DNA from: Nitrospirota bacterium
GTDB taxonomy: Bacteria > Nitrospirota > UBA9217
Reading direction: 5' to 3'
Assembly: GCA_963754875.1 (NCBI GenBank)
Contig: CAVWHO010000008.1
Coordinates: forward strand, 1-64,000
DNA length: 64,000 nt
Shown here: piece by piece, positions 35,170 through 44,036 of the stretch
Layout: the number at the start of each line of letters is the position of its first letter
Position numbering within the stretch: position 1 is the stretch's first letter
Position numbers and translations under genes: made by a program
The notes under the pieces: model-generated
What the model was told of the DNA's origin: nothing
What the model saw: the letters and a program-made list of their open reading frames with translations, nothing else
Databases searched by the model: none

Positions 35170-35415
35170 AACCGTGCGATCCGTTTAAGCCGGGGAATAA
35201 CAATCAAACCGTTCAAACCGATACCGTCCTTTAAACCGATAAAACCGTTCAAGCCCTGTGAACCGATCGTTCAAACTGTTTCAAGTGAAAGGACGCTGTA
35301 ATCCGTGAATTCAAAAAACCGGTCCAAGTCGTGTGGGCTGACCATTCAAACAGCTTAGCTGTATCAGACGTTCAAGAATCTGTTCTAACCGTTTAAACCG
35401 ATTAAACCGTTTAAG
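35170..35415. repeat. degenerate 9-mer (AAACCGTTT-like) tandem array downstream of four-helix gene 2; continues at 33152-33169 beyond the intron
   Basis: e.g. AACCGTTTAAACCGATTAAACCGTTTAAG and AAACCGTTCAAACCGATA. Confidence 0.85.
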
Positions 35416-35866
35416 CTTTCTTTTGCCCATCAATCTTCAACTCCCTCATTATCTCCTCCATCTCCTCTTTCATGCTTTTCTGCTGCGGCCTTTTGTACTT
35501 TGCACCCTTGTACGGACTGGCCTTGAGAGATTCCATGAAGTTGTTCAGCATGATCGAAAGCTTCTTGAAAGCGTCGATCAGTCTGTCGCATTCCTCGGCG
35601 GTAATATAGCCCTGATCGCGGACGACATAGAGCTGACAGCGTACTTCGCCGCAAGACCCTTTGGAGATCGAGAGAAATTGGATGAACTCCTGGTTCCCGC
35701 CGCGTTCGTAGCCTTCGGCTATGTTGGACATCACGGAAACCGCGGCTCTTCGTATCTGGCTTTTCAGATCGAAATCTTTCGAGAACCGGCCGTCGGTGCT
35801 TACTGCATATATTCTGTTTGTAAGCACACGGGCAAGCTTCCATACCTCCAAGTCTTCGAAGTACAT
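35411..35866 (-). CDS. four-helix-bundle protein (23S rRNA IVS protein family), copy 2
   Basis: FEDLEVWK...[19 protein letters not shown]...[12 protein letters not shown]. Confidence 0.93.
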   Translation of the reverse strand: MYFEDLEVWKLARVLTNRIYAVSTDGRFSKDFDLKSQIRRAAVSVMSNIAEGYERGGNQEFIQFLSISKGSCGEVRCQLYVVRDQGYITAEECDRLIDAFKKLSIMLNNFMESLKASPYKGAKYKRPQQKSMKEEMEEIMRELKIDGQKKA

Positions 35867-35887
35867 GTCTCCTCCTTAAAAGACAGT

Positions 35888-36082
35888 TCAATCCGCTCAA
35901 ACCGTTTAAACTGTTTAAACCGTTTGAACCCGAGAAGCGCCGGTTATGCCGTGCAAACAGTTTCAGCCGTTTTAGCCGCTGCAACCGTTTGATCCGCTTG
36001 AACCGTTGAAACCGTTTAAGCCGATCCGTTGAAACCGCTTAAACCGCTTAAACCGTTGCAACCGTTTACACTGTTTGAACGG
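35888..36082. repeat. 9-mer (AAACCGTTT-like) tandem array upstream of four-helix gene 2
   Basis: More than a dozen degenerate units, e.g. AAACCGCTTAAACCGCTTAAACCGTTG. Confidence 0.9.
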
Positions 36083-36613
36083 TCATTTCAGTAACTCCAT
36101 CCACACCCTCAACTCCATCCACACCCTCGCAGTCATCCTGGCATCATCCAGCGCCCGGTGAAGAGTGGCTCCATCGGGCAAAGCGCCGAACAGATGCCGG
36201 TAAATCGTTTCCAGCCTGTGGTCCCGTAGTTTCGGATAGCGCCTCCGGCACAGGGCAAGCGTACAGTGATAGGGATTGTTGAAGCCCAGGCCGAGACGGC
36301 TGAACTCGTAGCGCAGGAACGTCACGTCGAAACTCGCGTTGTGGGCCACAAGGGCGCTGTCCTTGATGAAATGATGAAAATCATGAAAAACGGATTCGGG
36401 CTTGGGCCGGCCTTCGAGCATATCATCCGTGATGCCGTGGACCTTTCGTGCGCCGCACGTAATTCGGATTTCCGGGTTAATGAGGGAATGGAATTCGTCA
36501 GCGGTGTGGGCGTCTTCGACGGCTACCGCGCCGAGCTCGATGATCCTGCCTCCGCGGGACGCGGAGAGGCCGGTCGTTTCAACGTCGAAGATTACATATT
36601 TCTGCTTCGTCAA
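36083..36613 (-). CDS. DEDDh (DnaQ-like) 3'-5' exonuclease
   Basis: FDVETTG, HNASFD and HRALDDA motifs. Confidence 0.92.
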   Translation of the reverse strand: MTKQKYVIFDVETTGLSASRGGRIIELGAVAVEDAHTADEFHSLINPEIRITCGARKVHGITDDMLEGRPKPESVFHDFHHFIKDSALVAHNASFDVTFLRYEFSRLGLGFNNPYHCTLALCRRRYPKLRDHRLETIYRHLFGALPDGATLHRALDDARMTARVWMELRVWMELLK

Positions 36614-36779
36614 GGCAAGCGCCTCATCTGTGAGACATTCTCAAGTGTAGTGAACTTGCTTTTGCTGGCAGGATATAAAAAAACGCTATCACAAAGGAGG
36701 GTGAAGATCAATACCCCGGAAATACCCCTCCTGGGGCAAAATAGAAATGGCTAATTTTTATGCAGTTGCGGTCAAGACT

Positions 36780-37385
36780 TTAGTTATAAGCGGATTTGTC
36801 GCCGATATCGTTGGCGATAGGCATGAATACTTTTCGCAGCGTAAAGATGACAAGCATGACGGCGATCAGGATAAGGCCATAAGACGCGCCTCGTCCCGTA
36901 AGACTGTTGTTCGAAACCAGCAGCAGGTAGATCGGCATGATCATGGCAAGAAGATAGCCCTCGAAGAGCTTGAAGCAGAATGCTTCCTTCGCGGTCACGA
37001 GCCCCAGGCATCCGGAAAGCGGGAGCAGGAGCAGCGGGGTGTAAGATCCATGGACCAGCACGCCCGCAAGGGACCCCTTGCCGAGGTAAAGCAGCACGAC
37101 AAGACAGACAAGGCTGAGGTAGTACAAATTTTTCAGAAATCCCTTGATCTTGCCGATATAAAGATGAATGAAGAACACGCTCATGCCAACGGACGCATAA
37201 AGACCATAGATAAGGATATCTGCTGACCGGTCCATGAGCATCGTTTCGGTAGTTGAAGATGCCGTCGCCAGCAAAAACGCCAGACCGGCAATGAGAATTG
37301 CGGATATCACGATACCGACACGGTAGAGCGCAACCGTTATTTTATCTTCTCTGGTAAGGGGCTGGAATACCTGCGTAGAACCCAT
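36780..37385 (-). CDS. integral membrane protein (DUF2301-like)
   Basis: IHLY, KEAFCF and DIGDKSAY motifs; several TM helices. Confidence 0.7.
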   Translation of the reverse strand: MGSTQVFQPLTREDKITVALYRVGIVISAILIAGLAFLLATASSTTETMLMDRSADILIYGLYASVGMSVFFIHLYIGKIKGFLKNLYYLSLVCLVVLLYLGKGSLAGVLVHGSYTPLLLLPLSGCLGLVTAKEAFCFKLFEGYLLAMIMPIYLLLVSNNSLTGRGASYGLILIAVMLVIFTLRKVFMPIANDIGDKSAYN

Positions 37386-37785
37386 TGATCATTTTCTCCA
37401 TTCAGAACTTTTTCTTCGACTTCCCGTTTGGAAGTCGCAACGCGATACCGAGGTCACCCTTTTCTCACTTTTTTCCAGAAAGCCAGGTCGCTCATCATGA
37501 GCCCCAGAAGTTCACGGGGCGTCATTTCCGAGGTTTCCTTACACCTACAGGCATCGTCATTAACTGCACCCGTTTGCTTTTCTGCCGTTGTTCTCTCTTT
37601 CCCCGGACGGCCCGGATCATCGGTTTTGTGGTAACGGGTAATCATTCTGTGCTCCTCTGCTCTTATTCTACATCATCTGAGAAAAATATGCCACCTGACA
37701 TCTTGACATGGACCATTGCAGCCATTATTATGTTGTTGGTAGTAACGTTACTCTACTCTGCAATAATGAAAGCAGCGTCTCTTTT

Positions 37786-39696
37786 ATGGAAACAGCTCGA
37801 TTACGTAGTATTTACCAAAAAATACGCAAGTCCTTAAACGACCCGAGAGATCCTTTTCTCGTGGTGTCCATTGAAACACAAACGCTCCTCGTCTGCAAGA
37901 ACGACGCTATTGTGGAGCGGTATAACGCATCGACCTCCCGTTTCGGCAACGGCAACCGGGAGAACTCGCTCAAAACACCGCTCGGTGTTCACCGGATCAG
38001 GGAGAAGTTCGGAAGCGACGCGCCGGCGGGACGCATTTTCCGTGACCGCGAGGACACGGGCGAAGACTGGGACCACAGCAAGACAGGAGACAATCTGATC
38101 CTGACCCGCATTCTGAGGCTCGAAGGTCTTGAGGAAGGGATCAATAAGGGCGAGGGAGTAGATTCCTATGAGCGCTACATCTATATCCACGGCACCGGCC
38201 GGGAGGACCTGATCGGCACTCCCCTGTCGCACGGATGCGTGTGCCTGCGCAATCACGACATCGTTCGTTTGTATGAATTGGTCACCGAAGGCACACTCGT
38301 GTACATCGATCCTCCAGCCATTGTCATCAACGAACGCCGATGCCGCAGCATCCATTTTACGGGCATTTTCGGCAGCGGCATGAGCGCGCTCGCACAATAC
38401 CTGCGCTTTCAGGGGATAATAGTCTCGGGTTCAGATCGTTTCCATGCAAGTGCGGATACCGCCTCCGTCCGGCGATCGCTTGAAGGGCTCGGGTGTGGCA
38501 TCGTCCCTCAGGACGGTTCAGGTGTCACTGGTGATACTGACGTCGTCTGCGTCTCGACCGCAATCGAAGACTCGAATCCCGACATCGCTGCCGGCCGCAG
38601 CCGCGGGATTCCTATCATCCATCGCTCCGATCTGCTGAGCGCCCTCATCGCCGCAAAAAGAACAATAGCAGTCGCCGGCACAAGCGGTAAATCGACGGTG
38701 ACAGCGATGATCTTTGAATTTCTGACCGCTTGCGGGAAATCGCCCTCCCTCATAAGCGGTGCTGCCCTGCGCAGACTCGAAAAGCAGGGGCTTATCGGCA
38801 ATGCCTATAGCGGCGGGTCCGATCTCCTTGTGGTCGAGGCGGACGAAAGCGATGGAACGCTGGTCAAATATTATCCCCAGGCCGCGGTCATTCTGAATGT
38901 GTCCAAGGACCACAAGACCACTGAGGAGATAGCAAAACTCTTCGAAATACTGGCGGCACAATCTCCCTGGACGGTTTCCAATGCCGACGATCCAATCCTT
39001 GCTTCCCTTCCCGCGACCGTGCGCTTCGGCCGAAACGGTTCGTCCTCGTGGCGGCCGGACCGGGAAGAACTCCTGCCGGCTTCAGTGAAGCTTTTCAAAA
39101 ACAGCACTGAATATCATCTGCCGCTGCCGGGTGAACACAATCTGGAAAACCTGCGCGCTGCGATTTGCGTGTGCGAGCATTTCGGCTGCGAGCAAACAGC
39201 GCTTGCCGAAGCGGTAAAAAAATACGAGGGTGTGGCCCGGCGTTTTTCCGTGACCACGACAAGGCAGAACGTGCACGTGGTCGACGACTTTGCCCATAAT
39301 CCGGCAAAGATAGCCGCCGTTATTCGCGCTGCGCGGGGCCTTTCCAGCCGCGTCATTGCCGTGTACCAGCCGCACGGGTTCGGTCCGACACGGTTCTTAA
39401 AGGAAGAATACATCGCGACGTTCCGGACTGGCTTCCTCCCGAATGATTCCCTGTATCTTTTGCCGATCTATTATGCCGGGGGCACGGCGCAAAAAAATAT
39501 TTCCTCGGACGATATCATAGGTGGTCTTGGTCCCGTACCCTTCAATGCACAAGCGCTCAACGATCGCGATGAGTTGTTGCTCCGATTAAAAGCCGATGCA
39601 AAACCGGGAGACTGCGTTCTTGTCATGGGCGCGCGGGACCCGTCGCTGCCGGCGCTTGTAAAAAAGGTTGTGGAGCTGTTGGGCGGAGAAAGCTGA
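37786..39696 (+). CDS. YkuD-family (ElsL-like) domain fused to a MurC/Mpl-like ligase
   Basis: YIYIHGT...SHGC, followed by GIFGSGMS, GTSGKST, EADESD, DDFAHNP and YQPH. Confidence 0.85.
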   Translation: METARLRSIYQKIRKSLNDPRDPFLVVSIETQTLLVCKNDAIVERYNASTSRFGNGNRENSLKTPLGVHRIREKFGSDAPAGRIFRDREDTGEDWDHSKTGDNLILTRILRLEGLEEGINKGEGVDSYERYIYIHGTGREDLIGTPLSHGCVCLRNHDIVRLYELVTEGTLVYIDPPAIVINERRCRSIHFTGIFGSGMSALAQYLRFQGIIVSGSDRFHASADTASVRRSLEGLGCGIVPQDGSGVTGDTDVVCVSTAIEDSNPDIAAGRSRGIPIIHRSDLLSALIAAKRTIAVAGTSGKSTVTAMIFEFLTACGKSPSLISGAALRRLEKQGLIGNAYSGGSDLLVVEADESDGTLVKYYPQAAVILNVSKDHKTTEEIAKLFEILAAQSPWTVSNADDPILASLPATVRFGRNGSSSWRPDREELLPASVKLFKNSTEYHLPLPGEHNLENLRAAICVCEHFGCEQTALAEAVKKYEGVARRFSVTTTRQNVHVVDDFAHNPAKIAAVIRAARGLSSRVIAVYQPHGFGPTRFLKEEYIATFRTGFLPNDSLYLLPIYYAGGTAQKNISSDDIIGGLGPVPFNAQALNDRDELLLRLKADAKPGDCVLVMGARDPSLPALVKKVVELLGGES

Positions 39697-40002
39697 GCGT
39701 CCTGAAGAATTGCCGCGGAAAGCATCAGTGACCTGCACGCAATGAATTTTCACTACTTTCGTTTTATCGATTGTCTCGGATGCACCCGCCGACAACATTG
39801 ATTCGTGAATAAAAAATTTCCTTCTTGCCGGGAAAGCGGCTTCGCGCCGTTGCTTCACTCAATCTCCGCCCATTCAGCAATGAGTCCAAAGTATTTCATT
39901 GGTTTGTCAATCATCCGGTAGAATTTTGGATTTCGCAGAAAGATTATGCTAGAGTTTACCTAACAGTGCATTGTTTGTTTCGTCATCGAAGGAACCATTG
40001 CT

Positions 40003-41049
40003 ATGGACGACGTGACCCAAAGAACGATCGAAGTGATCAATAACGCAGCGGGGGAACAAAATCCCCCTGGCCCCTGCGAAGTGGGCGCTGCAGAGAAATC
40101 CGATGTCGAACTGCTGGATGCCTACTCCCGGGCGGTCATAACCGTGGTAGAGGCTGTCGGTCCTGCTGTCGTGAGCATCTCAACCGGGACGAGGTCGAAG
40201 AACGCTGAGCCCGAGACGGGCGGGGCCGGATCCGGGGTCATCATCGCGCCGGACGGCTATGTTCTGACGAACGATCATGTCGTGCACGGTTCGAAATCGC
40301 TGGCCGTGTCGCTGACGAACGGAACGACGCTCGCGGCAGTCATCGTGGGCACGGATCCTGCTTCCGATCTTGCCGTAATCCGCGCCGATTCCTCGAACCT
40401 GCCGTTCGCAACTCTCGGTGAATCCGCATCACTTCGAGTCGGGCAACTCGTGATCGCCATCGGCAATCCTTTCGGCTTCCAGTCCACCGTATCAACCGGC
40501 GTCGTAAGCGCTCTCGGCAGGGCGCTTCGGAGCAGGGAAGGACGGCCCATCGAAAACATCATCCAGCATACCGCCCCGCTGAATCCAGGCAATTCGGGAG
40601 GCCCGCTGGTGGATTCGCGCGGCAGGATTGTGGGACTGAATACGGCAATCATCATGGGTGCACAGGGAATCGGCTTCTCCATCCCTTCGGATACTGCAAA
40701 ATGGGTCGTTTCCCAGCTCCTCACCCTCGGCAGGGTGCGCCGGGGATATTTAGGCATTGCCGCGCAGCAACGACCGCTCAACCGGAGGACGGCGCGCTAT
40801 TTCAATCTGACGCTGACGTCTGTCGTGGAAGTCCTCTCGGTGACGCGAGGCGGCCCGGCCGCACAGGCTGGAATGAGGAAAGGCGACCTTATCGTGGCCA
40901 TGAACGGGACCGATATCACGACGGTGGACCTGCTCCAGAAATTTCTTTCAGACTGGCCCATCGGCAAACCGGTCAACGTGTCCGTGCTCCGTGTGCAGGA
41001 ACGTCTGGAGGTTGAGGTTACACCATCCGAGGCCGGGGCGCACGAATGA
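40003..41049 (+). CDS. HtrA-like serine protease with PDZ domain
   Basis: TNDHV, DLAV and GNSGGPL motifs; C-terminal PDZ. Confidence 0.9.
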   Translation: MDDVTQRTIEVINNAAGEQNPPGPCEVGAAEKSDVELLDAYSRAVITVVEAVGPAVVSISTGTRSKNAEPETGGAGSGVIIAPDGYVLTNDHVVHGSKSLAVSLTNGTTLAAVIVGTDPASDLAVIRADSSNLPFATLGESASLRVGQLVIAIGNPFGFQSTVSTGVVSALGRALRSREGRPIENIIQHTAPLNPGNSGGPLVDSRGRIVGLNTAIIMGAQGIGFSIPSDTAKWVVSQLLTLGRVRRGYLGIAAQQRPLNRRTARYFNLTLTSVVEVLSVTRGGPAAQAGMRKGDLIVAMNGTDITTVDLLQKFLSDWPIGKPVNVSVLRVQERLEVEVTPSEAGAHE

Positions 41050-41131
41050 TTCCCATGCAAAAACCCGGAATTTGAAACACTCTACTCCTCCGACTCTTGT
41101 CCCCAAACCAATGACCGAGATGTCCTCACCT

Positions 41132-41311
41132 CTAGTCGCACTGACAGATGCAGTGTTTGCCCGGGATCGGACCGGATGATTGCTCCCCCGACAGATCCTG
41201 TTTGTCCCACGTCAGGATCCGTTCTAAGCCCCAAGCCATCAGTACCACGAAACCAAGGATAATAGGCCATGCCCACCCCGTGGTCCATTCCAGTATATCT
41301 ACAGATGTCAT
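41132..41311 (-). CDS. putative small membrane protein (59 aa)
   Basis: Manual translation MTSVDILEWTTGWAWPIILGFVVLMAWGLERILTW...KHCICQCD*; AGGAAGG upstream. Confidence 0.4.
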   Translation of the reverse strand: MTSVDILEWTTGWAWPIILGFVVLMAWGLERILTWDKQDLSGEQSSGPIPGKHCICQCD

Positions 41312-41514
41312 GTTCGATCACTTCCTTCCTAAACGTCTTGCTGATTTAATTATAGCGAACCTGCGACAAGGAGGGCACTAATTAACGGGGCGCCTCGAAC
41401 TGTTCTCATTCTCAAGTCTTACTTGTTTTGCCCGACCGTCTCCATGACGAATGCGCAACTCCTGGAATCCGACAGTACCCTACTGAGGATGTCCCTGTCG
41501 CATTTTCCGCTTTC

Positions 41515-41580
41515 TGTTCCCTCTCGATGACGGTCAGCGCAACGTCGTTGAGAATCAGGATCGACTCGATCACCACAACC
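41515..41580 (-). pseudogene. relic copy of the DMT gene 3' end
   Basis: ATGACGGTCAGCGCAACG...ATCAGGA.CGAC.CGATCA shared with 44056-44108. Confidence 0.6.
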
Positions 41581-41666
41581 TTGAAGGTCCAGTCTTTCTT
41601 CTTGATTTACTGATTGAAGGAAGTCATAATAATAGAAGGAGCACGGTTTGGCCCTATGGATTCTGC

Positions 41667-43106
41667 ATGAGAGAAGACCTCGGTCCTGCCCGAGGGGGCT
41701 CCCCTGACAACGAGGAAGGGACTAATAGGTTTGCACGACTCCTGAACAGTCATATGCATGTGAGACCGGATAAAATAAAAGCGATTACGAAGCTCCAATC
41801 GATGTTCACGGAGATATTCGGGCTGGGCAAAGCTGCAGCGCTGACCGCGATCCTGGCCATCACCGTGGTCCTTGCCCTTGCCGTCTACTCGTTCATCCAC
41901 CTTGCCCCGCCCCACACCGTCACGATCACGAGCGGGCCGGAAGGCAGCATCTTCCGGAACAACGCGGAAAAATATGCGAAGATCCTGGCCCGAAACGGCG
42001 TGAAGCTGAAGGTCCTTATGTCGCAGGGCTCGCAGGAAAATTTGAAGAGGCTGGCTGATCCCAAATTCAATGTGGACGTAGGGTTTGTGCAGGGCGGTTT
42101 GGCAGGCGGCGTGAACATCGACAAGTTGGTTTCGCTCGGGAGTCTCTACAACGAACCGCTGCTCATCTTCTACCGGAGTTCGAAAGAGCTCGAACTGCTC
42201 TCCCAGATGAAGGGCAGGCGGCTTGCTATCGGGCCCGAGGGCAGCGGCACCCGGCCCCTCGTCCTGACCCTCCTCGCGGCAAACGGCATCCAGCCCGGCG
42301 GGACCACAATGCTCCTAGACCTCGACTCAGACGACGCGGCGAACGCCTTACTGGCAGGCAGGGTCGATGCAGTGTTCCTCATGGGAGACTCCGCCTCCGT
42401 CGACATCATCCGGAAGCTCATCCGGTCGCCCTGGATCAAACTCTTTAACGTCGTCCAGGCAGACGGGTATACCCGCCGCATAACCTATCTGAACAAGATG
42501 CAGCTCCCCGAAGGCGTTCTCGACATCGGGAACAACCTTCCGGCCCGTGATGTCAATCTGATCGGCCCCCCGGTCGAGCTTATCGCTCGCGAGGACCTCC
42601 ATCCGGCCCTGTCCGATCTGCTGCTCGAGGCCGCACGGGAGATCTACGGCCGCGCTGGGCTGTTCAGGCGCCAGGACGAATTTCCCGCGCCGATCCAACA
42701 CGAATTCACCATCAGCACCGATGCACGGAGCTTTTACCGCTCAGGCAAGGGCTTCCTCTACCGCTATCTTCCGTTCTGGGTGGCGAGCTTCGTGAACCGC
42801 ATGCTCGTCGTGTTCCTGCCTTCGATCGTGGTTCTGATCCCGGTCCTGCGGGCCATCCCCGCAGCCTATCGATGGAAGATCCGGCTCGGCATTTACCGCT
42901 GGTACCGTTCCCTGATGGCGCTCGAGCGGGAAATGGCCGGACAGTTCCCGCCGGAAAAAAGGGAGGAGTTTCTGGAACGGCTCGATCATATCGAGAGAGC
43001 TGCCAACAGAATGAAGGTACCGGCATCCTTCGCTGACCGCTTCTACGATCTCCGCGGCCATATCACTCTCGTCCGCAACCGTCTGCCTGGAACGCAGTCG
43101 CGATAA
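41667..43106 (+). CDS. TAXI-family TRAP solute-binding protein with C-terminal TM segment (start uncertain)
   Basis: GSQENL, DVGFVQGG, GPEGSGT and RYLPFW motifs. Confidence 0.8.
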   Translation: MREDLGPARGGSPDNEEGTNRFARLLNSHMHVRPDKIKAITKLQSMFTEIFGLGKAAALTAILAITVVLALAVYSFIHLAPPHTVTITSGPEGSIFRNNAEKYAKILARNGVKLKVLMSQGSQENLKRLADPKFNVDVGFVQGGLAGGVNIDKLVSLGSLYNEPLLIFYRSSKELELLSQMKGRRLAIGPEGSGTRPLVLTLLAANGIQPGGTTMLLDLDSDDAANALLAGRVDAVFLMGDSASVDIIRKLIRSPWIKLFNVVQADGYTRRITYLNKMQLPEGVLDIGNNLPARDVNLIGPPVELIAREDLHPALSDLLLEAAREIYGRAGLFRRQDEFPAPIQHEFTISTDARSFYRSGKGFLYRYLPFWVASFVNRMLVVFLPSIVVLIPVLRAIPAAYRWKIRLGIYRWYRSLMALEREMAGQFPPEKREEFLERLDHIERAANRMKVPASFADRFYDLRGHITLVRNRLPGTQSR

Positions 43107-43184
43107 GAGTGTCCGCCTGCACGGTCATCGCGAGAGCGGGGCCGCCTTCCGGCGCCATCCCAGGGTCTTCCTATTGCAGAAAAA

Positions 43185-43910
43185 TTACTTAGTGTCCTTT
43201 GCCCCGATGGCCTTCAGAAATTCCCTGCTCGTTACGACCGTTGCCTGCCACGGGAAGACCTTGTCCATCAATACCCGGTGTACTTCCGGATCCCGGTCGG
43301 CGCAGGCATCCGACACGACTACGAGAGAGTAGTCCATGTCCGCGGCCCAGCGGACCGTGGAAAGGACCACGCCGCTCGTGGAAATGCCGCACAGGACGAT
43401 CGTGTTGATATTCCTGGCCCGGAGGATCGTCTCCAGGTCCGTTGTCGGAAAAGCCCCGACACGGCGCTTCGTCACGACGATCTCAGACGGAAGGGGCGCT
43501 ATTTTGGGGTCTATTTCGGCCCCAGGCGTCCCTTCCTGCAGTCGCCCTGATTCCTTCACGCCGCGGAAAAGCTTGTTGTGCAGATTGACCTCGGGGTAGC
43601 CGTTGCGAAACCGAACGACAACATAGATGACGGGGATGTTCGCCTGACGCGCTTCTTTGATGACCGCGCCCGCCCTTTCGAGCAGCAACACACGGACCTC
43701 CTCGGGCAGACTGCCAATAATATCGTTCTCGTAGTCCATGATCAATACCGCGGTCCTGGCCTTGTTCACGGTAAATTCCGGCTCGATCAGGACATCCATC
43801 TTGCCCTGAGGGACTGCCTTCTTCGGGTCCTGCCTGTCAAAAGCGAAAGCAGTTCCTGCCGACAAAATAAGGACCATTACAAACAGCGTTGTTCGAACGG
43901 TTCTACCCAT
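43185..43910 (-). CDS. isochorismatase-family hydrolase with signal peptide
   Basis: TAVLIMDYEND, KRRVGAF, GISTSGVVLST and DACAD motifs. Confidence 0.85.
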   Translation of the reverse strand: MGRTVRTTLFVMVLILSAGTAFAFDRQDPKKAVPQGKMDVLIEPEFTVNKARTAVLIMDYENDIIGSLPEEVRVLLLERAGAVIKEARQANIPVIYVVVRFRNGYPEVNLHNKLFRGVKESGRLQEGTPGAEIDPKIAPLPSEIVVTKRRVGAFPTTDLETILRARNINTIVLCGISTSGVVLSTVRWAADMDYSLVVVSDACADRDPEVHRVLMDKVFPWQATVVTSREFLKAIGAKDTK

Positions 43911-44036
43911 GACGCCCTCCTCAGTTTTGAATCTTTTTTAACACGCTATTACCACGTGCGGGAATAAGACTCGCCCACGAAGCTCCTCTGCGTCAAAATG
44001 CTCTTCACAAAGCACCAAAGGGTGATTGACCCCCAG

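Noticed and set aside
33355..35866. Diversity-generating retroelement (RT next to an Avd-fold gene)
   Set aside because: The RT lies inside a complete group II intron with GTGCG start, domain V and AC end and has a maturase domain; no TR/VR pair with adenine mismatches was seen
37454..37645. 63-aa minus-strand ORF
   Set aside because: No recognisable motif; cannot be supported as a gene
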